A stretch of DNA of 64,000 nt from a virus. Lineage: Duplodnaviria > Caudoviricetes. The position numbers and the translations under genes were made by a program. Location of the stretch: IMG/VR virus record IMGVR_UViG_3300033757_000347. One strand, given 5' to 3'. This document shows, one piece after another, positions 32,465 to 41,746 of the stretch. A model generated the notes under the pieces. It saw nothing but the letters and a program-made list of their open reading frames with translations. It made no database searches and was not told the origin of the DNA. Position 1 is the stretch's first letter; each line of letters opens with the position of its first letter.

Positions 32465-33105
32465 TACTATTCGTAGAAGGTCCGCGAGCATGCGGCAAGA
32501 CTTACCTGATAAACGACTTGCTAGAGTCGGTAAACTTGGAATTGCTCAAGAGCCCGGAAAAGTTCGACACGGATCCGGACATTGAATACTACAAGTTCTA
32601 CTTTGCAAATCACATTAGAACTTTAGGCTTGCACGACATTGACAACACGCCAGCTCTTCACTATTTCAGCTTGGGTAACATCATGACCATTCTCGAAATG
32701 AACCAACAACCTCAGTACAGAGATAAGATCTGGATCTTCGATAGAGCCATCATCTCTGCTTACGTTTGGGCAGTCTTGAGGCAACGTTTGCTTCCAACGA
32801 GAGCAAGACAAGAGTACGAAGCTTTGCTGTCGTCCGACCTCTATCGAAACTGCAAGACGATAATGATCACGGTAAACCAGGATCGCAGAGACCAGGATCT
32901 AGCCAGAAACAAGGACGTTTTCGATGGAGCTCACTCCACCGACGAGGAACTTCACCAGTTCGGGCACTTCTTGGAGTTCGGAAAGGACCAGTTAGCTGAC
33001 CCAGCTAGAAAAAATGGTATCTCATTCATCACCAACAACTTTGACCAAGAATCGGTTGACCGTTTCGTAGCTGAAGGTAAAAAGCTTTTAGGCATCTCGG
33101 CTTAA
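32461..33105 (+). CDS. Nucleoside monophosphate (thymidylate-like) kinase
   Basis: FVEGPRACGKT P-loop, IFDRAIISAYV. Confidence 0.75.
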   Translation: MILFVEGPRACGKTYLINDLLESVNLELLKSPEKFDTDPDIEYYKFYFANHIRTLGLHDIDNTPALHYFSLGNIMTILEMNQQPQYRDKIWIFDRAIISAYVWAVLRQRLLPTRARQEYEALLSSDLYRNCKTIMITVNQDRRDQDLARNKDVFDGAHSTDEELHQFGHFLEFGKDQLADPARKNGISFITNNFDQESVDRFVAEGKKLLGISA

Positions 33106-33131
33106 TAAATAACAAAAATAGTCAAAATGAG

Positions 33132-33686
33132 ATGCTTAAAAAGTTCACGAAAGATTTCGGAGAATTTGTAAACGAATCCGTTGAATCCGATTCCAGAGGA
33201 TTACCTCTTTCTGAGTTCATGCCGCTCTTCTCTGAGTTGGTCATGATGTGCCCTAATTTGGAAGAATTTACTTATGCTAGCGACATACATGGACACGCTA
33301 GCCGCGTTATCGAACTCAGCAGAAATGGAAAAACTGGGGAACCGTGGATGTTCACCAAAGAATCAGGTTTAGCTGAGATGGAAAAACACCTGAAAGGAAT
33401 CGAAGATTTTTACGAAAAGCATTACGAGGGAAAAGACACTCCGGTTTTCTACGTTTGGACAGTAATCACTAGAGGATTAGGTTACAATCAATTGGAAAAG
33501 AGGCTTAAGGAAGTAGGTGGAATGCCAAAATCTCAGGATTTTAGGCTTCCTCAGCTTATCGACTTGTTGAAAAGCGATCAAGTGTTGAGAGACGCGGTCG
33601 TCAGAATAAATTCCTCTTTGGATTCAATCTCTTCTACTGAATTTGGCAAAGCAATGAGTAGAGGCGACTTTGGCCCACTAGACTAA
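33132..33686 (+). CDS. Putative internal head protein
   Basis: FTKDFGEFVNE; late promoter. Confidence 0.6.
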   Translation: MLKKFTKDFGEFVNESVESDSRGLPLSEFMPLFSELVMMCPNLEEFTYASDIHGHASRVIELSRNGKTGEPWMFTKESGLAEMEKHLKGIEDFYEKHYEGKDTPVFYVWTVITRGLGYNQLEKRLKEVGGMPKSQDFRLPQLIDLLKSDQVLRDAVVRINSSLDSISSTEFGKAMSRGDFGPLD

Positions 33687-33699
33687 CAAAATTAAAAGC

Positions 33700-35835
33700 A
33701 TGGCAGGTTTATCGCATTTAAAGGACGTCTTAGACAAATACGGAAAAGACTTCGTCGACAACTTACTCAACAAGACGGTCATCGTAAACGAGAAGATGGA
33801 CGGAGCGTTTTTCGGTTTGATGAAGGACGATCATGGAAAGATAGAGTACTTCAAAAGAAACGGCCCAATATCGTACGTGGACAGAGTCCTTAGCAAGTAC
33901 TTTGAGCCTGCTATTTCCTACCTGGAAAGTAAGAAGAGCGAGATCGCTCCGAACATTCCGCCGAATTACTACTTCGGAATGGAATACTTTTCCGACAAAA
34001 AACCGCAGACCATATCCTACGACAACCTTCCGAAGAATCACTTGATCTTGAGTTACATACACATTCTCAAGAAAAACGGAGAGGTAAAGGAAACAATACA
34101 GAGCAGGGAAGAGCTCAACAAATGGGCAGACGTTTTAGGAATAGAACGACCTCCGATCATCTTCCAGGGCAAGCTAAGCCCAGAGCAAAAGAAGCAGATA
34201 CACGAATTCATATACACGCCGTTTGATGAGTTAGTAGAAAAATTCAAGACGACTTCTTTCACTAGGTACATAGTTTCAGTCCTCAACCCATCAATGGAAA
34301 AATCGTTCCTTCAGGATTCTTTAGACAAGGACATTGAGGGAATCGTTTTCAGGTTTTACGATGATTCGGCTAGAGGAGAAGAACCTGTGTTCTTGGCCAA
34401 GCTGATAGATCCTACCTTCCAGGAAGGAGCAAAGAAAAGATCGGCAGAAGATCGCAAGAAGAGCGATGATTACATCTGGATCATCGTGATCGACCTAATG
34501 AACTTCATCGAGCAGTATTCGGTTAGCGAGCTGAGAGAAATTCCTATGAAGGGCGAGACCTATGAGGAACGGTATGTGTCCCTGGTCAATCACATATACT
34601 TGGAATTCGTAAAGGAATTTGGCGAGAAGTACAGGGACTTAGACATTCAGATACCTGATTTTCTGCAAAGAGACGATTTCAACGTGAACTTCGGCCTCAT
34701 CGACAATCCTAGAGTAACATCGATGATCGAATCCAACCCTAATTTCAAGGAAATTTACAGGGTCTTCATCAACATGTTCAGAAAGAAAAAGATCAAGGTA
34801 AGTTCATCGTTCTTCACAAAAGAGATGAAAGAGAACCTTAACGACCAGATCGACAAAATTAGCAGAGTAATCATGGGAGATTCAATCTACGAAAATTACT
34901 TCCCAACGTTCAAAGAATTCGTCGGCGAAGAAAAGGATCCGGGCTACTTTGAGACATTCAAGCAGGTAGAGGATAGGAAAACTAAACCCGTAAACTTGAT
35001 CATCTCTGACTTTCAACCTATACACCCAGGACACATAAAATCAGCGCAGAGCTTGTTCAACGAGAACGGTCTTCCGTGCTTGTTAGTGTGCGTCCACCCA
35101 GGAAACACAAGCAAAGCTAGACCTTTCAAGAAAGAAACAGTCATAAACGGTCTGCAGAGACTTGCGAACGTTCACCGCAGTTTCATAGAAGGTTACGTTA
35201 TCGTTTCCGACGGAGAAGTGGAAAGCTTGCTAAAGACGATAAAGCCTAACTACGAACCCAACATCATAGCAGCCAACCGGAGTAGAATAAGAGACTTAGC
35301 TCTGCAGATAGAGCTTGCTAAGAAACGATCCAGAAACCTAAACTTGAAAAAGGACCTTAGGTTGATGGAACTTCCGTCCGCTGGCATAAAGGACGTCATA
35401 ATGAACACTGTCAAGAACGGAGATTACGCAGGATTCAAGTCAGCAGCTCCGCAGGAGATACACTCGGACTTTTACAGCATGAACCAGGACCTGATGGAGA
35501 AATTGAACGAATCACTTTCGCGGTTCAGTTCTCCAGGAATTTCGGTGATTGAGACCGACGAATCGTCTCAGTTGATCAACGAATCGATCGATCCCATCCT
35601 AAACGTTGAAACTGCAGAAGAGGACGATGTTCAGCAAGTAATAGTTCTATCCGAAAAGGACCAAGAGCTGTTAAAGGAAGCAAAGAAGTACGAAGAAGAG
35701 CGCAATCGCTCAATCGCAGAAGCTGTGAAAATAGCTAACGAACACCCAGAGGATCCTGGGCTATGGCCAAGTTACACTCAAATGACAAAGATGGGACCAG
35801 GTACTTCAGGTACTTCCGGAACAGCCCACACCTAA
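33700..35835 (+). CDS. Ligase-like (KxDG) nucleotidyltransferase fused to HxGH cytidylyltransferase-like domain
   Basis: NEKMDG, DIEGIVF, LAKL in N-half; FQPIHPGH in C-half. Confidence 0.65.
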   Translation: MAGLSHLKDVLDKYGKDFVDNLLNKTVIVNEKMDGAFFGLMKDDHGKIEYFKRNGPISYVDRVLSKYFEPAISYLESKKSEIAPNIPPNYYFGMEYFSDKKPQTISYDNLPKNHLILSYIHILKKNGEVKETIQSREELNKWADVLGIERPPIIFQGKLSPEQKKQIHEFIYTPFDELVEKFKTTSFTRYIVSVLNPSMEKSFLQDSLDKDIEGIVFRFYDDSARGEEPVFLAKLIDPTFQEGAKKRSAEDRKKSDDYIWIIVIDLMNFIEQYSVSELREIPMKGETYEERYVSLVNHIYLEFVKEFGEKYRDLDIQIPDFLQRDDFNVNFGLIDNPRVTSMIESNPNFKEIYRVFINMFRKKKIKVSSSFFTKEMKENLNDQIDKISRVIMGDSIYENYFPTFKEFVGEEKDPGYFETFKQVEDRKTKPVNLIISDFQPIHPGHIKSAQSLFNENGLPCLLVCVHPGNTSKARPFKKETVINGLQRLANVHRSFIEGYVIVSDGEVESLLKTIKPNYEPNIIAANRSRIRDLALQIELAKKRSRNLNLKKDLRLMELPSAGIKDVIMNTVKNGDYAGFKSAAPQEIHSDFYSMNQDLMEKLNESLSRFSSPGISVIETDESSQLINESIDPILNVETAEEDDVQQVIVLSEKDQELLKEAKKYEEERNRSIAEAVKIANEHPEDPGLWPSYTQMTKMGPGTSGTSGTAHT

Positions 35836-35842
35836 TAAAAGC

Positions 35843-35869
35843 AAAAAAGCTCCTTTCGGAGCTTTTTTT
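35843..35869. terminator. Bidirectional intrinsic terminator
   Basis: AAAAAAGCTCC-TTTC-GGAGCTTTTTTT between convergent genes. Confidence 0.85.
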
Positions 35870-35889
35870 ATGCAGTTTTACACGAACCT

Positions 35890-37467
35890 TTAGAATAAAG
35901 TAGTGAACTCGCCGTTGATGAAATTCAGGTGCTGAGCCTTTCCGTCCTCGTGAACGATCACGTGAGACTGAAGCCAGCTGCTAGGGCCAATGTTGTAATT
36001 TACTCTGAGCTTGGTCGAAGTGCCGACTGCTAAAGCTCCATCCTTTCTTCCAGGAGAATGATAGTGACCAACAATGATCTTCGTGTTAAGGTTTCTGTAC
36101 TGAGACAGGGAACCGTACGTTCCGTTGGTTCCGATATCACCGTGCTGAGCAAGTTCCCAGTCCTTTATGATGAAACTATCGTTTCTATCGAGAGTTACGA
36201 AATTCGGAAATCTCTGCTTGATGATGTATGGAATGACTCCGTTCTTAGCTTTTCCGCTGAGAATCAGAGCTGCATACTCCATGTACTCTAGAGAATTCTT
36301 CAGAGTTCCGGCTTTTCTCCAATCTGAGGTCTGCAACCACCTATCGAGAAAATCGTCGTGATTTCCTCTGACAATTACTGTCGTAAAGTCGTTGCTGTCA
36401 AAGTCTTCCAGCCCTTCAAGAAGCGCCTCAACCTCGTCTTTCAGAGAATTTGTGCCGTTCATCTCTCGTTCGTACTGAACGAAAGGATTCTTCATGTCAT
36501 GGTGATTTATGGAAAGTCCATCGAACACATCGTGAAGAACGACGTGTTTTGGTTTCATCACGTTAAAGAAATCGAGAGTCTTGTCGATGATCTCCTGGTC
36601 GTGCTGGCCGAAGTGTATGTCACCGAATATGATGGCTGCTATCGTGTCCACCTTCTTTACTGTGCTGACCTTGAATTCTTCGTCGTACTCGACTTTGCTG
36701 TTCAGGTCGGTGAAGTTACCGTTATCGGTGGCAGTGATCTGCCTTACGAAGAAAGTATCATCGTCCTTGATCTCAATGATGACAAAACCTAACGTGTGGT
36801 GGAACTCGCCTTTCTTTCCAGATTTCGAATCTGTGTAGTTCTTTACCGTGCACGCGCCGGTCGTTACCATTATCTTAGGAAGGTTACCTTCCAGGACCGG
36901 AACGGTTTCCATCTGAACTTTTGGCGACCCGAACACGCAGGAGTGAACTCCTGTTAAACCACGAAGACCCGTCATCGGGTCAGTTGCAGTAGGTTGGATC
37001 TTGATGTCTGACATTATCCACATGTTCTTGTGGACGTTGTGCCGGTTAGCGTCGAGGTATTCCTCGATCTTTTCGTCCCACGTATCGTAATTCTTATCGG
37101 TGAATACTGATGTTGGGTTCTTGTACCGTCCTGCTATCACGTGAATGTCCGCGTTTATGTGCTCGGCGTACTTTTCGAGGTTAGAAACGAACGCTTCGTG
37201 AATCGGAGTGTCGTTCTGAGCCCAGGTGATGAGGAACCGCTTTTTAGTGCTCAACTGGCGTTCTTTTGCCTTTATGAGCTGAGGGGATTCTACCATAGCT
37301 TTTTCGGTTAAGCCTAACCGAGCCAACCACTTGGACACGGTTCGTTCCGATTTGTTTAGGTAGCTGCTTAATCTGTTCATTCGTTCATCCCAGCTGAGAG
37401 TAGGGTGCCAGTATATGGCTTTGATGTCTGAGATGTTCTCTTGGGTTAGATCTTCAAATTTCATCAA
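35890..37467 (-). CDS. Calcineurin-like metallophosphoesterase with N-terminal HTH
   Basis: GDIH, HDVFDG, GNHD, QHGD, GHYHS motifs. Confidence 0.8.
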   Translation of the reverse strand: MMKFEDLTQENISDIKAIYWHPTLSWDERMNRLSSYLNKSERTVSKWLARLGLTEKAMVESPQLIKAKERQLSTKKRFLITWAQNDTPIHEAFVSNLEKYAEHINADIHVIAGRYKNPTSVFTDKNYDTWDEKIEEYLDANRHNVHKNMWIMSDIKIQPTATDPMTGLRGLTGVHSCVFGSPKVQMETVPVLEGNLPKIMVTTGACTVKNYTDSKSGKKGEFHHTLGFVIIEIKDDDTFFVRQITATDNGNFTDLNSKVEYDEEFKVSTVKKVDTIAAIIFGDIHFGQHDQEIIDKTLDFFNVMKPKHVVLHDVFDGLSINHHDMKNPFVQYEREMNGTNSLKDEVEALLEGLEDFDSNDFTTVIVRGNHDDFLDRWLQTSDWRKAGTLKNSLEYMEYAALILSGKAKNGVIPYIIKQRFPNFVTLDRNDSFIIKDWELAQHGDIGTNGTYGSLSQYRNLNTKIIVGHYHSPGRKDGALAVGTSTKLRVNYNIGPSSWLQSHVIVHEDGKAQHLNFINGEFTTLF

Positions 37468-37567
37468 ATCTAGGTTATTACAGTTTAATGTATCTATATT
37501 TTACACGTATGCCATATAAAGTTTTGGGCACACTTTCTTCCAAGAATATCAGAATAAATAACCAAGT

Positions 37568-37753
37568 ATGGAAAAGACTCACCAGAATTACAAGAACTAC
37601 CGAGCAGGAAAAGAACCGCTTAAGAATGCAGTTCTGCAGCACCCAGAAGGAAACAGCGTTTACGATTACCTCAAGAGTAAAGTAAACCGGGATCTTTGGG
37701 TTATTCCGTTTGGCAGGTGGGAGAAGAAACAAAAAAAGCTCAGGTCAAGATGA
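37568..37753 (+). CDS. Small basic protein
   Basis: AATAAATA upstream; coupled to next gene. Confidence 0.55.
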   Translation: MEKTHQNYKNYRAGKEPLKNAVLQHPEGNSVYDYLKSKVNRDLWVIPFGRWEKKQKKLRSR

Positions 37754-38235
37754 TCGAAATCGAACAAATGCCGACTTTTCCGATAGAGCCGGAAGAAACC
37801 CAAGAAGTCGTAGCTGACGTTACAACTCCGCCAGCTGAGCAGGTAACCGAAGAAACCACAGTTGCTGAATTCATGCTATCGCTGTTTCAAATAGCCGATC
37901 AAGCGAAAATAATTCACCTGCAAACAGATTCTGACACCGAGCACCGTCACTTTGGCTTGTTCTACGACACGTTCACCGACCAGTTAGATGCTCTCATCGA
38001 GGGAATCGCTGGAAAGTACGGAGCCCAAACTCTTAAGTTTGGTCAAGCTCAGATCGTTCTGTACGACCGGGAAGAAGCGATTCAGATCTTCTTCGAAGTA
38101 GTTGACCAGACTTTGAGAATGAAGTTTGCTTCCCTGTTCGATAGGGAAGCGGATTCGGAACTGTACAACATGGTCGACGAGATGATCACTCTCAAGAACA
38201 AAGTGCAGTACCTTCTGCAGATGAAAAGAAACTAA
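37750..38235 (+). CDS. Ferritin/Dps-like (DUF5856-type) protein
   Basis: KIIHLQT...EHRHFGLFYD...DALIE..GKYG, NMVDEM...NKVQYLL. Confidence 0.7.
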   Translation: MIEIEQMPTFPIEPEETQEVVADVTTPPAEQVTEETTVAEFMLSLFQIADQAKIIHLQTDSDTEHRHFGLFYDTFTDQLDALIEGIAGKYGAQTLKFGQAQIVLYDREEAIQIFFEVVDQTLRMKFASLFDREADSELYNMVDEMITLKNKVQYLLQMKRN

Positions 38236-38241
38236 TCGCGA

Positions 38242-39861
38242 ATGTTCAAAGTAAGAAAGTTTCAACAGTTCGAAAATTTGCTGCTGGAAGCAGACATCAT
38301 CAGGTTCGAAGATCAATTTTCTGGCATAAACCAGGATTTTCGTCACGGTTCAGGAAACGATAGTCAGGAAGAGGACGGCGATCCGAATGCGGAAGCTTGG
38401 AAGAGGTTAGATTACCTCATAGACATGCTTTTGGACAGAGGAATTGTTGACTTGGAACAGGCACTGAAGGATCCGATCTACCAGAAAGAATTTGGATCGG
38501 TTAGGGGAATGGAAATATCTACCGCTTACTTGGAGTACTGCCGAAAAAAGATACGCAGGCTCAGCATACAGCTGGACGAGGAATTCAAAAAAGAGGACCG
38601 TGACGTTGAAGCGATTCAGAGAATCGCAGCAGAACGGATCCAAGTAGCAGCAAGAGTTCAAGCTCTTGAAAGAATTTACGAAGCTTTCAAACTTTTGAGG
38701 CAGGAAGAGTTAGACAGGATAGCGGATGAAGTGCTTAAGAAAGTAGCTAGCATAAAGGATGAAGTTTCCTCGCAGAACGATAACACCATCGTGGAAGTAG
38801 GAAAGCTCATCCAGCCAGAAATGGCACAGATACTGGATTCTGACACTCAGCAGGAAGGAAAAGAACACAGCGCAGCTAAAGTGATAACCACTCTCATCGC
38901 GTTGGAAAAGGTTCTACCCTTTTACGGAGAAGAAACCAAAGCTTCTGCCGAAAAAGCAAAGGAAACTGTAGAGAAAACCATAAAGGATAAGATCGGAGAG
39001 GAACGGTACCAAACGCTGTACAGAACGATCCTATCCAACGACCAGGAGGTACAGATCCTCAAGAGAATACTGAACCTTCGACACCAGAACTTTACTAGCG
39101 AGCAAGATATTTTGAAGGAGATTGATAGCATCAAGATCTCGATAAACGGTCTGGAAGGAGTTCGAAACGGTCGCCCTCTGTCTAAACCGGAAGTCATAGA
39201 ATTCCTAAAAAAGACCCTCACCGAAGAAGCCAAGTACGTTCTAGAAAGAGCTAGGGAAAAGACAATAACTTTAAAAGACGCTAAGGGCATTCACTTCGAC
39301 TTTAGAACGAAGCTGAAACTTCACGAAGCGGTCGACCTTCCTGTGACAGGAAAACAGATAGCTGACGCTACCTGGCTGATGAAATTTAGGAAGAGATTCA
39401 CGTACATAATGAACCTTCTTCCGGTAGGCCAGACTCCGGTAACTCCAGCTGGACAAGCTTGGGCAAACCTAGGAAAGCAGACTCACAAGCTCTACGCTAT
39501 CGCTCTAAACAGCGCTGGCAAGTTCATCGGAAAGATGCTAAAGGGCCGCGAAGGTCAGATGAAAGGCGATGCAGTTACTCGACTGTTCATTCCGGACACG
39601 GGCGTTCTTGACGAACCTGGTCCGTTAGCGTCGAACGCTGTTTCGGAAGAAGTAGCTCCTGGAGTTTCGATGCAGGTCCCAGGTTCTATAGGTTCAATGG
39701 GCCCAATCGTTCCACCTACCGAAAATTCGATAGGCTCCGGAGATAATTTTAATCCAAAGAAGAAAAAGAAGAAAAGAAGAAGCGTTTACGAGGAAAGGAT
39801 GCAGATCATGAACTTCGACGCGTTCGTATCGAAAAATAACAGAATCGGAAATGGCATTTGA
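38242..39861 (+). CDS. Putative virion protein
   Basis: KVRKFQQFE and IMNFDAFV motifs. Confidence 0.65.
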   Translation: MFKVRKFQQFENLLLEADIIRFEDQFSGINQDFRHGSGNDSQEEDGDPNAEAWKRLDYLIDMLLDRGIVDLEQALKDPIYQKEFGSVRGMEISTAYLEYCRKKIRRLSIQLDEEFKKEDRDVEAIQRIAAERIQVAARVQALERIYEAFKLLRQEELDRIADEVLKKVASIKDEVSSQNDNTIVEVGKLIQPEMAQILDSDTQQEGKEHSAAKVITTLIALEKVLPFYGEETKASAEKAKETVEKTIKDKIGEERYQTLYRTILSNDQEVQILKRILNLRHQNFTSEQDILKEIDSIKISINGLEGVRNGRPLSKPEVIEFLKKTLTEEAKYVLERAREKTITLKDAKGIHFDFRTKLKLHEAVDLPVTGKQIADATWLMKFRKRFTYIMNLLPVGQTPVTPAGQAWANLGKQTHKLYAIALNSAGKFIGKMLKGREGQMKGDAVTRLFIPDTGVLDEPGPLASNAVSEEVAPGVSMQVPGSIGSMGPIVPPTENSIGSGDNFNPKKKKKKRRSVYEERMQIMNFDAFVSKNNRIGNGI

Positions 39862-40564
39862 ACTCGGAGATAAAGTGATGGTCAGAGCAAACTCGGACGA
39901 GTTGGAAAGCGATCTCTTTCAAGCTATCGACGGAGTTCGTGCTGAGATAACTGAAATCTACTCTACCGACTACGAACCGGACGTTAAACGTTACGAAGTC
40001 ACTCTTGAGAATCCGGTGGAAATAAACGGGGAAAGATTGGCTGTCGTTCCGGGTTTGTACGAGGATAACTTGGAAAAAGCTGAAGGAAAGAAAAAACAGC
40101 TTTCGGAAAACAGAGCTGTTACTAAATTTGCACTGTTCGAAAACAAGATGGAAGAGTCTTCGTGGTATTACGGTTTAGCAGACTGTCACGGAATAGAATC
40201 GTTCATAAAGGAACCTGACGAAGCAAAGGACTGGACTGATTTTGAGGAACTGTTTACAGTTGGTGTTCTTTCGATCGATCCAACCGAACTTCCTGGGAAA
40301 AGAGCGTACAACACGCAGATCGGAATGATCATCAGACGAGCAAAAGCTAACATTCAAAGGTTTCCTGTTGTGTACAGAGCAAAGTTAAAGGGAAGCGATG
40401 CCATGGTAATCGACCGAATGCTAAACAAGGGACTGTACGAGGAAGCTCTGGTCTACCTTAAGGAAAAATCCGAGCACACTCAGTTGGCTAAGAGGCTGGG
40501 CGGAATGAACGCCGAACGTAATTGGGAAAAGATCCCTAACCCTGAGCTGGATCCAATGTATTAG
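39851..40564 (+). CDS. Hypothetical protein
   Basis: 237 aa, SH3-like N-terminus, internal TKFALFENKME. Confidence 0.65.
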   Translation: MAFELGDKVMVRANSDELESDLFQAIDGVRAEITEIYSTDYEPDVKRYEVTLENPVEINGERLAVVPGLYEDNLEKAEGKKKQLSENRAVTKFALFENKMEESSWYYGLADCHGIESFIKEPDEAKDWTDFEELFTVGVLSIDPTELPGKRAYNTQIGMIIRRAKANIQRFPVVYRAKLKGSDAMVIDRMLNKGLYEEALVYLKEKSEHTQLAKRLGGMNAERNWEKIPNPELDPMY

Positions 40565-40666
40565 GATCACCCAGAAATGATGCTCTTTTGAGTTAATGAT
40601 AACATAAGAACCTATTTTTAGGTTCACCTGAGTTCATCCTACCATTTGGAGGAAGGAAATCGAAAG

Positions 40667-40694
40667 ACGCCGGCCTAGAAGCTAGGCGTTTTTT
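40667..40694 (+). terminator. Intrinsic terminator
   Basis: ACGCCGGCCTAGAAGCTAGGCGT followed by T-run. Confidence 0.55.
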
Positions 40695-40930
40695 GCTTGG
40701 CCAGTTTTCCGGCTATAGTGAACTACCCACCCACGCCATAGGCGATGGGTTAGGCTTCTGACTAACGCACGAAAAGTTTTTAGATCAGTGGTGCTAACAA
40801 TTACAGGTCGTATCTGTCCAAACTTTTTGATGGACGTTTTTAACTTACTGAAATAATACGGATCTTCTTGTTTGTGCGTATTCAGTTGTATAGAATCTAT
40901 GGGTACATAAAGTAGTTTTGTCTCTATCAT
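40682..40930 (-). pseudogene. ParB/Srx N-terminal fragment truncated by IS right end
   Basis: VPIDSI...KLKTSIKKFGQIRPVIVS, then reads through RE sequence. Confidence 0.65.
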
Positions 40931-40943
40931 ATCTTTTCTGTTT

Positions 40944-40978
40944 ATCTACATTAGTAGAAATCTTAATGTGTTCCTAAC
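40944..40978 (-). CRISPR. Solitary Cas12a (type V-A)-like repeat
   Basis: GTTAGGAACACATTAAGATTTCTACTAATGTAGAT, 35 nt, TCTAC-TAAT-GTAGA stem; no second copy seen. Confidence 0.6.
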
Positions 40979-41212
40979 GTGAACTACCTATTGGCTAAAT
41001 ACCAATGGGCTTCGTGCTTCACAGCAACTTGCTTACTGCTCCGAAGAGTTAGAAGTCTTATTGTCGCTCCACACGTGTACTCGCAAGTCCCTTACGAGGT
41101 TTTAATGTCTTGTACTGACAATGCAAATATACAACTTTTAATTTGAACTACCAAATGTTTTTGTCGCTTACATCCCATAGGCTAAAGACCTATGGGTTTT
41201 ACGCTCCTTTCT
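40979..41212 (-). mobile_element. 234-bp IS605 MITE encoding only promoter + omega-RNA scaffold
   Basis: LE hairpin identical to the autonomous element, TTTAT target, TTTG-N20-TATATTTG promoter, covarying omega-RNA, RE GGTAGTTCAC. Confidence 0.85.
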
Positions 41213-41227
41213 ATAAAAAAAGAATCT

Positions 41228-41746
41228 TTAGAAATTGAAGGTCTGTAACACATCCTGATAAAAACTTTCTAATTTTTTCTTGACTTCGTTAATCGGAACT
41301 ATTTTAGTACAATAAGAAGGATAGTCTGTCTCTTCGTCTTCCGTCCAACTAAAGACTGCGAACACAGTACTGCTTTTGTCATCATAATGCTCTAACATGT
41401 CCTTAAACTTTATGTTCTCACAACCATGTGTACGTAAAAATCTAGAAACCAATTTAATTTCTGTATCATCCGTTAAGTTTTTTGGTGTCCAAATAAAAAG
41501 TTTTTCAGAGGAAAGACGTGTATCTTGCCTTTCAAAGAGGAGGTGTATTAAAAGATTCAGTTGACTCCGAGACAAACTTTTGATTCTTGTAATTTGTACA
41601 TTTTTAAGTATGTATTCGTGTTTCAAACATTCCTCGGCTGTATCAAATTCAAATCCGTCCTCTGAAATGTATTTTGTAAATGTTTCTGAACCTACCTTTA
41701 CTGATTGTAAAGCGTATTTGTCTACTGTTTGTACAACTTCTTTCAT
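41228..41746 (-). CDS. Cargo hypothetical protein
   Basis: 172 aa, YISEDGFEFDTAEECLKHE phage-type motif; AT-rich. Confidence 0.7.
   Translation of the reverse strand: MKEVVQTVDKYALQSVKVGSETFTKYISEDGFEFDTAEECLKHEYILKNVQITRIKSLSRSQLNLLIHLLFERQDTRLSSEKLFIWTPKNLTDDTEIKLVSRFLRTHGCENIKFKDMLEHYDDKSSTVFAVFSWTEDEETDYPSYCTKIVPINEVKKKLESFYQDVLQTFNF

Noticed and set aside
41143-41152. Extra GGTAGTTCAA right-end-like decamer inside the MITE
   Set aside because: No adjacent RE hairpin; overlaps the promoter spacer; likely coincidental
40900-41230. CRISPR array
   Set aside because: Only one repeat-like unit found, no second copy and no cas genes; reported as solitary repeat
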